A model generated the notes under the pieces. The model ran no database searches. It saw nothing but the letters and a program-made list of their open reading frames with translations, and was not told the origin of the DNA. From Octopus sinensis (Eukaryota): a stretch of 64,000 nucleotides of DNA. The stretch spans positions 61,752,001-61,816,000 of the forward strand of contig NC_043003.1 in the NCBI RefSeq assembly GCF_006345805.1, written 5' to 3'. A program made the translations under genes and the position numbers. Of the stretch, positions 12,565-25,071 are shown piece by piece (positions within the stretch are counted from its first letter, which is position 1; each line of letters starts with the position of its first letter).

Positions 12565-14143
12565 AGAGGTTCACCAAGGATCAGTCCTCATCCCTCTCTT
12601 ATTCATTATAGCCCACCAGGCAAATAACAGAGGAATTCAAGACAGGCTGCCCCTGGGAGCTCCTCTATGCTGATGACCTTGCTCTAATAGCCGAGCCACT
12701 GCCAGAACTGGAGATGAAGTTTAGGGTGTGGAAGCAAGGTCTAGAATTAAAGGGCCTTAGGGTAGCCTAGCCAAAACCAAAGGCTTAGTAAATAGGAAGG
12801 CTGTCAAATCACAACCTCCTTCAGGTAGATGGCCCTGCTTGATCTGTAGAAAAGGCATGGGTAGAAACTCCATATGATGTACTCGGTGTAAGCTATGAAC
12901 ACATAAAAGGTGCAGCAATATCAAAGGAAGGTTAACCAGGAAAATAGATTTTGTGTGTGGCAGATGCACAGGAGCAATAAACACTGAAGATGTACAGAAA
13001 ACAAATCCCATCACATGCCAGGGAAGAAACTAGAAGTAGTTAATAGCTTCTGCTAACTAGGAGACCAAATCTGTTGTTGGGGTGGTTGCTCTGAGAGTGT
13101 AGCAACTAGAGTAAGAATAACCTGGGCAAAGTTTAGGGAGCTCCTACCTCTGCTGGCAACTAAGGGCCTCTCGCTCAGGGTGAAAGGTAGACTGTATGAT
13201 GCATGTGTGCAAACTGCCATGCTAGACGGCAGTGAAATATGAGCAATGAGTTCTGAGGACATGCATAGGCTTGAAAGAAATGAAGCTAGTATGATCTGCT
13301 GGATGTGTAATTTCAGTGTGCATACATGACAGAGTGAAACCGCCCTGAGAGTAAAGTTGGGCATAAGAAGCATCAGATGTGGTGTACAAGAGAGGCAACA
13401 GCACTGGTATAGCCATCTGTTACGTATGAATGAAGACAACTGTGTGAGGAAGTGCCACTACCTAACTGTAGAAGGAACCTGTGGAAGACGTAGACCCAGG
13501 AAGACATGGGATGAGGTGGTGAAGCATGACCTTCAAATATTGGGCCTCACAGAGGCAATGAGAGGAGACCAAGACCTTTGGAGATATGCTGTGATTGAGA
13601 AGACCCAGCAACTTAAGTGAGCTCACAGCCATGCACCTCCAGCCCTGTTAAAAATACTCCTAATGCATCAGGCAATATGATATGCTTGAGAAGATCTGTT
13701 GAGTCAAGTAAAACCAATATCGTAGCTGGGGCCGGTGCCCCCTGACTGGCTCCTGTGCCGATGGCACATAAAATCCGAACGTGGTCAATGCCAGGTCCGC
13801 CTGACTGGCTCCTGTGCTGGTTGCACATAAAAAGCACCAACCAACCATGACCAATGCCAGTACTCCCTGACTGGCTCATGTGCCGGTGGCATGTAAAAAG
13901 CACCATCCAAACATGTTCATTGCCAGGCTTGCCATGCTGGCTCCAGTGCCGGTGGTATGTAAAAAGCACCCACTACACTCTTGGAGTGGTTGGCATTAGG
14001 AAGGGCATCCAGCTGTGGAAACATTGCCAGGCCAGATTGGAGTCTGGTGCAGCCACTGGCTGTCCAGACCTCAGTCAAACCATCCAACCCATGCCAGCAT
14101 GGAAAACTGAGGTTAATCGATGATGATGATGATGATGATGATG
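12565..14143 (+). mobile_element. 5'-truncated RTE-clade LINE (RT pseudogene plus 3'UTR)
   Basis: VHQGSVLIPLLFII, PWELLYADDLAL and RPRKTWDEVV motifs with stops and frameshifts; (GAT)n tail; 7-bp TSD ATTGTTT at 12558-12564 and 14144-14150. Confidence 0.95.
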
Positions 14144-14222
14144 ATTGTTTCTTTCCTAGTAAACTGACATTTGACTGTTCAAAGAAAACTTCAAAAGTAA
14201 CTAGTTAGGACTTCTCTTGAAA

Positions 14223-15239
14223 ATCGACAAAATTTGACATTATCAAGTATTTGTAGACAAAGGGTTTAGCCCCCAAGGACATTCATTCTCACATGGTTAC
14301 TATATTAGGGGATGACACTCCAGCTTTACTGAGAGTGAAAAAGTGAGCAGCTGAATTTAGGAGGGGAAGGGAGAGTCTTGAAGGTGACCCGTGGTCAGGA
14401 CATTCAGCAACAGCCACCACCAAGTAAAACATTGATCATGTTCACAACAGGGTGATGGATGACAGGTGATTGACTATAACTCAAACAGCCAATACTATTA
14501 GCATATCCCATGAGAGAGTTGAGAATATTCTGCACAATGGACTTGGCATGGTGAAAGTTTCTGCTTGCTGGGTACCACATCTTCTGACCCCTGATCGAAA
14601 GTACACCAGGCTGATCACATCACAAGAAAATCTGACATTGATTGAGGCAGATCCAGTTAGTTTCCTTGAAAGTTTTCTGACTCAGAATGAGTGTTGGCTT
14701 CATTACTTTGAGCCAGAGACAAAGAGATAATCCATGGGGTGGAAACACCCCTCCTCACCTGCTCCAAACAAGGCCTGGATTGTTTCACCTGCAGGGACGG
14801 TGATGGTCTCAATTTTTGAGATGCAAATGGTATTGTGTTGACTGTCTTCAAAAGTGCCACACCATCAATGGAGAGTACTATACCAACTTGCTGATGCAAT
14901 TATGAAAAGCTATCAAGAGCAAACACCCAAGAAAACTGACAAAAGGGGTCTTGTTTCATCAAGTCTTTGGCTTCAATATCTGCTATTCATGACTGTGGCT
15001 TTGAATTGGATGATCACTCTTCCTATTTTCCTGATTTGGCCCCATCTAACCACCATTAGTTCCCCAACATGTAAAAATACTTGGCTCGGAACCAGTACTG
15101 CAGTGATGATGACATCATATCTGCTGCTGGTGACATTTTTGACCAACAGGATGACAGCTTCTTCACCAATGGGATTTGAGCTCTGCAACAACGATGGAAG
15201 AAGTGTCTGAATCGCAAGGTAGACTATACTGAAAAGTAA
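14223..15239 (+). pseudogene. Mariner transposase pseudogene
   Basis: WVPHLLT, TQNECWLHYFEPETK and YFPDLAPSNHH (YSPDLAPSD-like) motifs; several stops and frameshifts. Confidence 0.9.
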
Positions 15240-16507
15240 ACCTCATTTGGCCACATTCCATTTGGTCAGCCTATGAATTTTTCAGGCAAACCTTGTAGAA
15301 TAGATGAGATGTGCCTGGAATAATTTTGCTTAGATTTCATTAAGTAGCTTTCTGCTACTTTATCTTAGCATATTGAGGTGGAGAGATAACCAAGATCTGA
15401 TGAACTGTAAAGGGCAGTGAAACCAGTGAATTCAGTTTTTATTCTGAGCTGAAAACCCACTTAGCTCTAATTTCACAGCAAGGCTAAATATTGTTGATTC
15501 CATATATTTATCATTCATAACCCATGTTCTTTTACTAACTTACTTAAGCCCTTCACTCACTATAGAGCATACACCATCGACAACTTTTATATACCATTAG
15601 AGAACAGATATTCTGTAACTTTGCTTTTTTTCTAGGTAGGGGTGTTGACCTTAACTCTTTAGCATTTAAACTGACCATAACTGGCCAAAAAATTCTACCT
15701 GTTGTGTGATCAAACTGACCACTCACACCAACTCTACAATATATTATTCAAAAGCTTAACTGTTACCTCATCAAAATCTCAAAGCTACAAAATAACTAAA
15801 CAAATCTATTTTTACCTCTGAGAAGAAATGAAACCTATTAGCTTAGCCTCTATTCTTTGACCAGTCCTACATGGAGGCCCTCCCAAGAGCTTATGATCCA
15901 ATAGCATGGCTCTTAGGATCACTGAGGCTCACAAGCCAGCATACCATAATGAGAACTGGACTTTGTTGTGGCTACATTCTACTCTAATAAAGATTTATAG
16001 AAAAATGTGATAAACTGGACCATTTTTACTCACTAGCACATACATTTATACAGTGAAGCATAGGACTCTGATCAATCTCCTTTGTTTTTAACTAAAATAG
16101 GTTCCCATTAAATTACAAAATCACTGTAAATAAGTTTAATAAAAGAGCTGTATCTTTTTATTATAGATTTATCATAAGAGATATATTTATTGTTATTTTT
16201 AGTTAAACTGACAAGGCTGAAGTAAATAAGAGTTATTTAGTTGAAACAGGCATCATGCAACTAAATAAGACAATTCTTGGTCTCCAAAAAAGCGTGCCCA
16301 GACTTGCCCTTTGGAGATACGTAAGCATTGTCTCTCTTCTCAAGATAGAGACTTATTTCTACTTATTGATAAAATCTGAGACAACAATACAGTGCCTTCT
16401 GTCCTAGCACAGACAAATAATTTAAATCTCTCTCACTCTCAATAATAACTGTTAACTCTAATAGAACATATAGTCAAAGCGAAGCATTGCTTGTTATTTT
16501 CTTGTTT

Positions 16508-16521
16508 GTTGCTATAGCAAC
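16508..16521. promoter_or_regulatory. Candidate X-box (RFX binding site)
   Basis: GTTGCTATAGCAAC fits the X-box consensus GTHNYY-AT-RRNAAC exactly; part of an 18-bp palindrome (16506-16523) in apparently non-repetitive DNA. Confidence 0.5.
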
Positions 16522-17039
16522 AATAACCAGTACAAACACAAGGGGCTTCATTAATAATATTTACAGACATTAGCTACTGGTAAAAAACAGAAAAAAAATA
16601 TATAATTCAGGCATCAAAAAGAGTCAAATAAATAGATTCAGTTGTGAATAAGAGATAAAATAATAATAATAATAATAATGATAATAATAATAGTGATGAT
16701 GATGATGATGATGATGATGATGGCGACGATGATGATGATGAAGGAAAAAAAAACAGGATTCCTATTCTAAAGCTAAAAGAAAAAAAATGTTTCCTCTGAT
16801 GATAGTTCACTTGTCATATAACAACAACAGTCTGTCCACACCTTCTGGCCATTTATGCAAAACTCCGTGTACCTGATCAAAATGATCAACATTTTTCTTC
16901 TCCATTAGGTTTTATGTCTATTTATTTTTTGCATTAGTTAGACAGATATTCTAACACACGCACACAAGTTCTGTGTTTAAGGCAAGCACTTTTAAAAACA
17001 AGAGTGTATTTTAGTAACAAATGTTTTATTTATTTTGGG

Positions 17040-17100
<61 letters not shown>

Positions 17101-20100
17101 ATACCCTAAATAGATAAAAAAAAAAGCTGGTATATAAAACTTAATATATATATATGTTTCTAAAAATAATGAAATAGAGCTATACGCGATTATCAGCAAC
17201 TAGAAATTGTAATAACTTTGCAAAGTATATAAAAATAAAAATAAAAATGTGAACTCAACACCTTTTCCTTTTATTCCCTAATTTCATATTCAAATTTCAA
17301 ATCCTGCCTCATGTTGTGAGGGGACAGTTACCTCATATGTATGAACAGTCATAACCAGATGCCACCACATATAAGTATGTATATCTTGCTGACATCATAT
17401 ATATTCGTGTATATATTAATGTCTCTATATCTGTGTGTGTGTATATATATATTATTCTGTTCAGTGATGATTAAAAAGAATTGTCTGAGATTTTCTGGGT
17501 TACCCAAGGATTTTGAGTAAGACTTTCATTATAAAAGATCGCTTGTCTGTCTGTTGGCCTGTCTGCCTGCCTCTCTCTGCATGACAAAGAGGAAAGGTAG
17601 GAAATCTTGATAAACAGCTGCCTGTCTCTCAATGATAGTCCAATAAAAGCATCCAAATCCCAAATTATCGCATTCTTTTTTTGTTTCAGCATTCTAAATA
17701 TCTTACCACCTCCTAGGACTGATTTAGCCTAGCTTTAATTAACACGCCACCTGCAGTAATATGAAGATAAGGTAAAATCCAGAATCCAAGAATAGGACTG
17801 GGTAATACTGACTTAATTACTTCGATCATGCCAGAAGAGATCAAACTTCATCTGCCAACTCTTTAGTACTGAACGCTAAGTTGTCGTTTTATTGAAAGAT
17901 TAATTGGAAATTCATCATCATTACCATTTAACATCCATCTTGTGCTGGCATGGGGTGGACAGTTTAAATGGCTCCAATAGATCCAAGAACTACATTGTGC
18001 ACAGATGTCCTTTTTGGCATGGTGTCTACACTTAGATGCCCTTCTTAGTACCAACTATTTTATAGTGTGTCTTTTAAATCCCCCTTGTTATGGTTGTTGC
18101 TGACAAGTTGATCACCATTAAATGACTACTTGCACATAGGTCATTTTAGTCATTTTATCAATACCATATATTTCGATTACTAATATTTACAAAGAGAGTA
18201 AAAATTGAAAATTGAGGTAATTAAAAGATGCAATAATTGCCGCTTTCAATGCCACCATGCAACCCCTTTTCTTCCTCCTTCCCCTCCTCCTCCTCATCAT
18301 CATCATCATTTAACTTCTATTTTCCATGCTGGTATGGGTAGGAAGTTTTTGACAGGAATTGGCATACTAGAGAACTGCACCATGCATCCAATATCCCAGT
18401 CATGGTTTTTATGGCCCTTCCAAATACCAACCACTTTACAGAATGTACTGGGCGCTTTTTAGGTAACATCAGCATGGACACTTTTTATGTGGTGCCAGCA
18501 GAGGTGCTTTTTATATGGTGCCAGCACAGCTGCTTTTTACATGGCACCAGTACCTGCAGGGTCACTCACTCAACAGCCTGAGTTCAAATCTCTGAAGTCA
18601 ACTTAGCCTTTCATCCTCAATGGAAAATGTATCAATGCAGAGCAATAGATTGGTGCAACTGTAAGAATGTTGACCTAATACATTGCAGTATTTGTTCTGA
18701 CTCTTTTTATTCTAAGTTCAAATCCCACCATGGTCTACTGGCATGGTAAGCCTAATCTGTTGCACAGTTAACATCACCTTTGACCTTGAAAAGTCTTTAA
18801 CAGAGTATACTCTGTTGCAAGCATTCTGATCAGATCTCTGATAAAGATACCTTCCCCCCTAACAGTATCAGAGGATCTCTAAAGGGTCATAGGCACTGCC
18901 TCCTTTCCTGATTGAAAGATGAACAAAAAAATCTTTCTCTATATTCTAAAAATCTTAGGTTTCATTATTCAGTTAAGAGAAATATTGTCATCTCCACTTT
19001 CATAAAAATCATAAAAATAATTATATATCATTAAAATTACTTCATAGAGAAATTATAAGTCTTCTGATGAACAAATATCCCTGTGGGGAAATACCGCAGA
19101 GAGAAATCAAGTGTAATATAAATGTGAATTAATTTACTTAGAAAAAAAAATTGCTTGATTTTAAACTGGAAATCTTAATTCATTACCAAAACTGGATTTA
19201 AAAACAAAAAAAAAGCTTCTTCAAAATAGCCATAATTAATTTAATATGAATTAGGAACGCCATAAGCATAATTATCATCTTTATAAAATTTGAGTCAAGA
19301 AATTAAGAGATAGATCTCATAGAAGTTTGAAATACATGATAAGACTAGGTTATATGACTGTTGGATAGAGGTGATAAATATCTTAGTGTAGCAATAAGAA
19401 TGCAGTGTTCTAAATGCTCATTAATTCATTTCATTCCCTGAATATCCTAAAGATAAGCATGAATGACACATATTTCCCTTCCCCACTCAAATGAATGCTT
19501 AACAATTGTTGGTTTATTCTTTGTAATTATTTAGCCCCGAGTCAATCCTGATCAAGCAGATCTATGAACAAAGGTACACAAGTCATAACTATCTGCCTGC
19601 TTTATCATATTATTCAACATTATTCAATGTATTGTTTTTTTTTAAGATAGTAGGATTTCATTTGCAGGAGAAATGCGCTACTATTTCTAATGAGTCAAAC
19701 TTCCCTTTTTTGGCTTGTGTTCTTATAGGTAGGTCAGTAAACTAGTTTCTTAAACAGGAAAAGAATAATCACTAAAATCTACCATTAAAATGCTTTTTAT
19801 CTTTCAACTCCCAGTGGAAAACCAACTTAAAATTGAGAGGAACATAGCAGCAACTGTATCGTTTCACTGCACACTACCTTGAGCAAGTGTCTTCTCTCAT
19901 AGTCAAAGGTTGATTGATACCTTGCAAGTACAATTTGGTACATGGAAATTGAGCAGAAACATTCCGCAGGAACTATCCTATTACTTGGCTGGTCAACTTA
20001 ATACATCACCTGGTTTAACACAATCTCACCTGATGCTTTTAGGAGAGTACACTTTGATATGAGTATTTGAACTACATCTTCCATCTAAAAGATCATGGAT

Positions 20101-22297
20101 GCTATTCTTCATCATCTGATGAAGCCATAAAACATATATCAATGTCTAATGGCATCTGTCACTTTAGATTTTCATATTCATACAATGCCATGTGCTGCGG
20201 CTTGTTTGATTCTTCAGTCAATCTCATCTTCCATAACCATAAGTGTTAGTCCACTTGTAAGATGCTGTCCACTTTATGACAATCCAGTTTTGTCACTGGT
20301 CCATATCTGTAACTTTAACAGCAGCTTCATCATCAAATCTAGTATTGTATCATCACCATCATCATTTAACATCCGTTTTCCATGCTGGCATGGTTTGGAC
20401 AGTTTGACAGAAGCTGATCAGCTGAAGAACTGCCGGTGCACCATGTCTGTTTTGACATAGTTTCCATGACTGGATGCCCTTCCTAATAACAACCACTTTA
20501 CAGAGTGTACTAGGTGCTTTCACACAACACCTAGTATGGATGATTTTTACATGGCATCATCATCCATGAGCCCATAAAATTAGGAACACTGCTAGTTAAT
20601 TCCCCATTAACTTATGATTTAATTCATGCAAAAATTCTTCAAATTATTAGTCTCTGCAGGCTTTATATTTGTGTTCCTGACAAGTTCAACAAATTCATAA
20701 AGGCCACTGGAGGAAGAACTGCATGATGTAAATATCCCTATCTTTCAGATTAGGGGATTGGTACACGGATACCAATGTAAAAAAAATTCACTGTTACAGA
20801 GACAACAAAGTTATCCACATGTGTGTTACTTTCTACTAGGAGTCTTCATGGACTGGTAAATCTACCAGTGGTGAGTAAAAACCACTAGCTTAAGGATGGT
20901 AATTTTAAACGGTAAAAGAGAACCTTGGATTAATTTCACCATCATGATTTAATGTCTGATTTCCACGCTGACATAGATTGGATGTGTCAACAGCAGCCCA
21001 TAAACCAGAGGACTGCAGCAAGCTTCCAGTATCTGCTTTGGCAGGGTTCCTTCAGCTGGATGCCCTTCTTTACATCAACCACTTTACAGGGTGTACTGGG
21101 TGCATTTTACATGGCACTAGCACTAGGGAAGTCACCAAGTCACTGGCAAGACAAAGACCCACAGCCAAGGAGATGTAGTACTGAAGGAGATGGCTTTATA
21201 CCAGGTGATGAGAAGTTGAAGTATGATAGAACGACATGAATGAATGTTTTGCTGTAGAAGAAACACATGGCTACTCCAGTCAGAAAAGAGAGACGGTGGT
21301 ATTGATGTGTCGGGGTGTACTCTCAAGTAACAGGAGGTAGAATATTAAAGAAGTGGCACAGAGGATTGGACAAAATGATTAGGTAAGTTTGCAAAAGTGC
21401 ATAAATTAGATAAAAGAACTAAATACAGTGGGCATTATCTTGAAAATGGCAACAGACCCACAGTTATGAGCTCCAATATTTTCCCCAAAATATCTTAATC
21501 TATTAGATATCCTAAAAACTAAACTATCTGCTAAGGTTTCTTCTAACTTTGTTTAATCAATCATATTGCTTGCTCCCTTCTAAATATTTTCCAGTGGAAA
21601 ATACAACACAAATTGTTTGCTGATGATGTAAGTCTTAATGGGCTACAAGTTACCATATTGGCAATTTGCACCCCATTTTAATTTATTAATGAACAAAGAT
21701 ATTTTAAGTAGTCATTCGACTACAAACAATAGTCAAATCTCCCACAAATCACACTCAACCAGCAACATCATCATCATCAACATTATTTAACATCCAGTTT
21801 CCATATTGACATGGATTGGATGATTTTATAGGAGCCAATACGCCAGAAGGCTGCACCATCTGGTTTGGCATTGTTTCTAGAGTTGGATGCCCTTTTTCAC
21901 ACCAACCATTTAACAATGTTTACTGGGCATATTTTACATGGCACTGGCAGACACATTGTAGAGTCCCAGATATACTATGGTTGGAAATAGAAGGGATGAT
22001 CACAGCTGGAATACTGTTAATCATAGGTTTACTAGAGCAGACTGAACCTGGAGCTAAAAACCCATTTTTAAAAACTATGGATTTTCTATTAGCACAAGGC
22101 CCAAGGATATTTAACAAGATGATATGATCACCAGTGTAACAAGAAATGGACAGTAAAGTGAAATAAATGGATGAGAGAGAAATCATCATACAAGCAAAGT
22201 AGCTACTTAGAAAATTTCTATAAGAGATGAAACTACACTGAGAAGTAATGTTTATTGCCATATTGATATGGTAGTTCCATAGGGACCGACATTACTA

Positions 22298-22698
22298 CTA
22301 CAGTTCTATATTTAAGAGATGAGGAATTATATAAATTATTTACATTATTTACATTCGACGGATATTTGTCCTCATCTTGCTTGTTGTTAACACAACATTT
22401 CAGCTGATATACCCTAAAATTTCACTCCATAATTGCCCCCTTCCCTGGGCATATGGCATAGTGATTAAGAGTGCGGGCTACTAACCCCAAGATTCTGAGT
22501 TCGATTCCAAGCAGTGACCTGAACAATAACAATAATAATAATAATAACAACATCGAAAAGTACCTTAGGAATAAGAACCCAGGTTCGAAATTTCCCCAAG
22601 ACACCTGAAGAAGGCTGGAGGGTATATCAGCCGAAACATTGTGTAGCAACAAACAAGATGAGAACAAATATCTGTCAAATGTAAATAATGTAAATAAT
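22298..22698 (+). mobile_element. tRNA-head plus hammerhead element with inverted terminal duplication (Penelope-like, non-autonomous)
   Basis: 10-bp TSD GACATTACTA (22288-22297 and 22699-22708); ~80-bp inverted arms 22335-22415 and 22619-22698; A/B-box tRNA-like head 22447-22521; hammerhead core 22605-22640. Confidence 0.75.
22600..22645 (+). ncRNA. Minimal type I hammerhead ribozyme motif (mutated copy)
   Basis: GACAC-CTGAAGA-A-GGCTG(N10)CAGCC-GAAAC-ATT-GTGT; the other arm has GAAATGTT, so the ancestor reconstructs as GAAACGTT. Confidence 0.7.
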
Positions 22699-23523
22699 GA
22701 CATTACTATTGTTTTTAACTCCAGGAGGAGCCTCCTCCAACTGGTTATCGATGCAATCAGCACCTGATATATATATATTGGGTGCAGATTGCATCGATAA
22801 CCAGCTCGAAGAGGTTCCTCCTGGGGTTAAAAACAGTAGTAACGTTGGTTCCTACAGAACAACCATATTGATGTGGTGATTCATCATATATTTATTGTCA
22901 AAAGATTGTATTGGACACCAAGGACTAATGTGGAATGATGGGAATGACAGAAAGTTCTTTCCATGCAGTAGTTTAGTTCAACAGCTTCTTTTATTATGAG
23001 TAGATGAGAGATATATAGAGAGAGGGTGGGTGATTGAATACAAATGCTACTATAGCGTAACACCTGGCATGAATAAATGACTATGTTTTGCTCCTTCTCT
23101 TCACTCCTGTCTCTCAGACCCTGTGGCTCTTAGAATGGTTTCTTTTTATAAAGGCAATAACAAACCTGATGGGACAGATTTGTCATGGTGTAATCACTTG
23201 AAAGTCCAGTATTTGTATACATAGAATTTCTTGCTTGGAAACAAGTTCCAGTTCAAATCAAAGTATAGACCTGCTAGAAACTGCGCTACTTATTACATAT
23301 ACTCCACTGGAGGATGAAAATTCACTCAGGTGATTTTGAACTCAGAAGGCAGAGAAATGAAGCAAAATAGAATAAAAATGCATCAAAAGGCTCAGAGCAG
23401 ATAGATTAGTGCTCAGATTAATTTCTCCAGAAAATGGGGCAGCTCACATCATAATTATAGCTTAAACTGTGTTATTTCATACTTGTCAACATCAATTTAG
23501 TATATTTAGTACAATGTGAATTT

Positions 23524-23963
23524 AGGTAAAAATAGCACAGGTAAAAATGGCACGGTAAAAATGGCACAGGTAAAAATGGCACAGTAAGAATGGCACAGGT
23601 AAAAATGGCATGGTAAAATTGACACAGGTAAAAATGGCATGGTAAAATTAGCACAAATGAAAAGATAGATAAAAATGGCACAGGGAAAAATGGCACGGTA
23701 AAAATGGCACAGTAAAAATGACATGGTAAAAATGGCACAAGTGAAAAGATAGATAAAAATAGCACAGGTAAAAATGGTACAGGTAAAAATGGCACAGTAA
23801 AAATTACATAGTAAAAATGGCACAGGTAAAAATGGCATAGTAGGCACAGGTAAAAATGACATGGTAAAAATGGTACAGGTAAAAATGGCATGGTAAAAAT
23901 TCCACAGTAAAAATGGCACAGGTAAAAGTGGCACAAGTGAAAAGATAGGTAAAAATAGCACAA
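23524..23963. repeat. 13-15-bp minisatellite (GGTAAAAATGGCACA)
   Basis: About 30 head-to-tail units with a recurring AAGTGAAAAGATAG variant; no unique spacers. Confidence 0.95.
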
Positions 23964-24120
23964 TAAGCAAGATTTCCTCCAGAACTTTGGAATATACATT
24001 GGGACAGCTTGATGAACTTTGGAATGTACATCAAGCTGTCCCAATGACTCCTTAACAAAATAAATACGAAACAGTAACTCTGGTTATTGTTTATCTCAGT
24101 GGTTCTTCCACAACCCCATC

Positions 24121-25071
24121 ATGGAAGTCATAGTGAGTAATAAGAGAAAAGAGAAGATTTGTTTCTAAGGATACATGTGTACAAAACAGATTGTAAGATA
24201 AACTACTATCAGATGGAGAACATCTTTTTTGAAAAGGCACCATGACCACCAACCTTGATATGACTGATCCTGAACCAGCGAATGACTACAACCATGCTCC
24301 TGATTCTGCATCAACATGAAGAGAAAAGCAGCAGAAACAAGATAAACCAAGCCAGATTTACAGTAATAATCTGGATGACTTAGCAACTGAAGGAAAGGTG
24401 TTACTTCCAAATGAGGACATCATAAAAGAACTTTGCGTAACAAAAGATCAAAACTTTATCCACAAGTACCAGAAACACACAAGGATCTGAAACTTACTGG
24501 GGGAATGGACAATTACTGCAGCTTCCAAGCCCAAACCATTTTTGTTCTTCGAAACCTATGTTTCTGATACATATGTACACATGCTCAAAACCTGTGTTTC
24601 AGGTACATATGTTCTTTGAAACTTATGTTTCTGGTACATATGTTCAGAGAAGAAGACAGAATTCCCAGGCAGTCATTCCAGCAGTAAACTTTTGGCACAT
24701 TACAGCAAGATTTCCTCCAAAACTTTGGAACATACATCAATCTACCATGAATGACTGTCCAAGAACCAACAACCTAAGTGAAGGCTAAAACAACAAATGT
24801 TATCATCTTGTTGGCTACTAGCACTCATCTATCTGGAAACTTCAGATAGACAATTCAGAAGGAAGAGGCTGTTGTGAGTGCAGTAATAGCAAGGGACATA
24901 GTTGGTGAACCACCCAGGAAGAAAATAAAGAAAGTATATGTTGATCTACAACAAAGACTAAAGAATTTATGCAAAGACTACACAGAAGGAAGGAAAAACC
25001 TCAATCAAGTGTTATGTGGACTTGGTCATAACATAAGATTCAAGTTGTTAAATTCTGTTTTCAGAGGTTAA
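24121..25071 (+). pseudogene. FLYWCH/MULE transposase remnant
   Basis: MEVIVSNKRKEKICF*GYMCTK...TTIRWR...DYNHAP (FLYWCH-like) and FPPKLWNIHQSTMNDCPRTNNLSEG*NNK (RTNNxxEGWN MULE motif); central DDE region mostly missing. Confidence 0.8.

Larger units (their letters stand above)
12457..15295 (+). mobile_element. Mariner transposon interrupted by an RTE LINE
   Basis: TA-flanked TIRs CAGGGGTGAGCTGAAAGGTTCATAGGCTG and CAGCCTATGAATTTTTCAGGCAAACCTTG; decayed transposase in the right part. Confidence 0.9.
21975..22767 (+). mobile_element. Decayed LINE-like 3' end hosting a nested insertion
   Basis: FLLAQGPRIFNK remnant (CR1/L2-like); reverse-complement copies of its end at 22779-22877 and 44250-44390. 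Confidence 0.55.

Noticed and set aside
16807-16905. Small minus-strand ORF MEKKNVDHFDQVHGVLHKW...
   Set aside because: Short, no homology recognised; such open frames are expected by chance.
23472-24058. Long Cys/Phe-rich ORFs
   Set aside because: Antisense translation of the 15-bp minisatellite.
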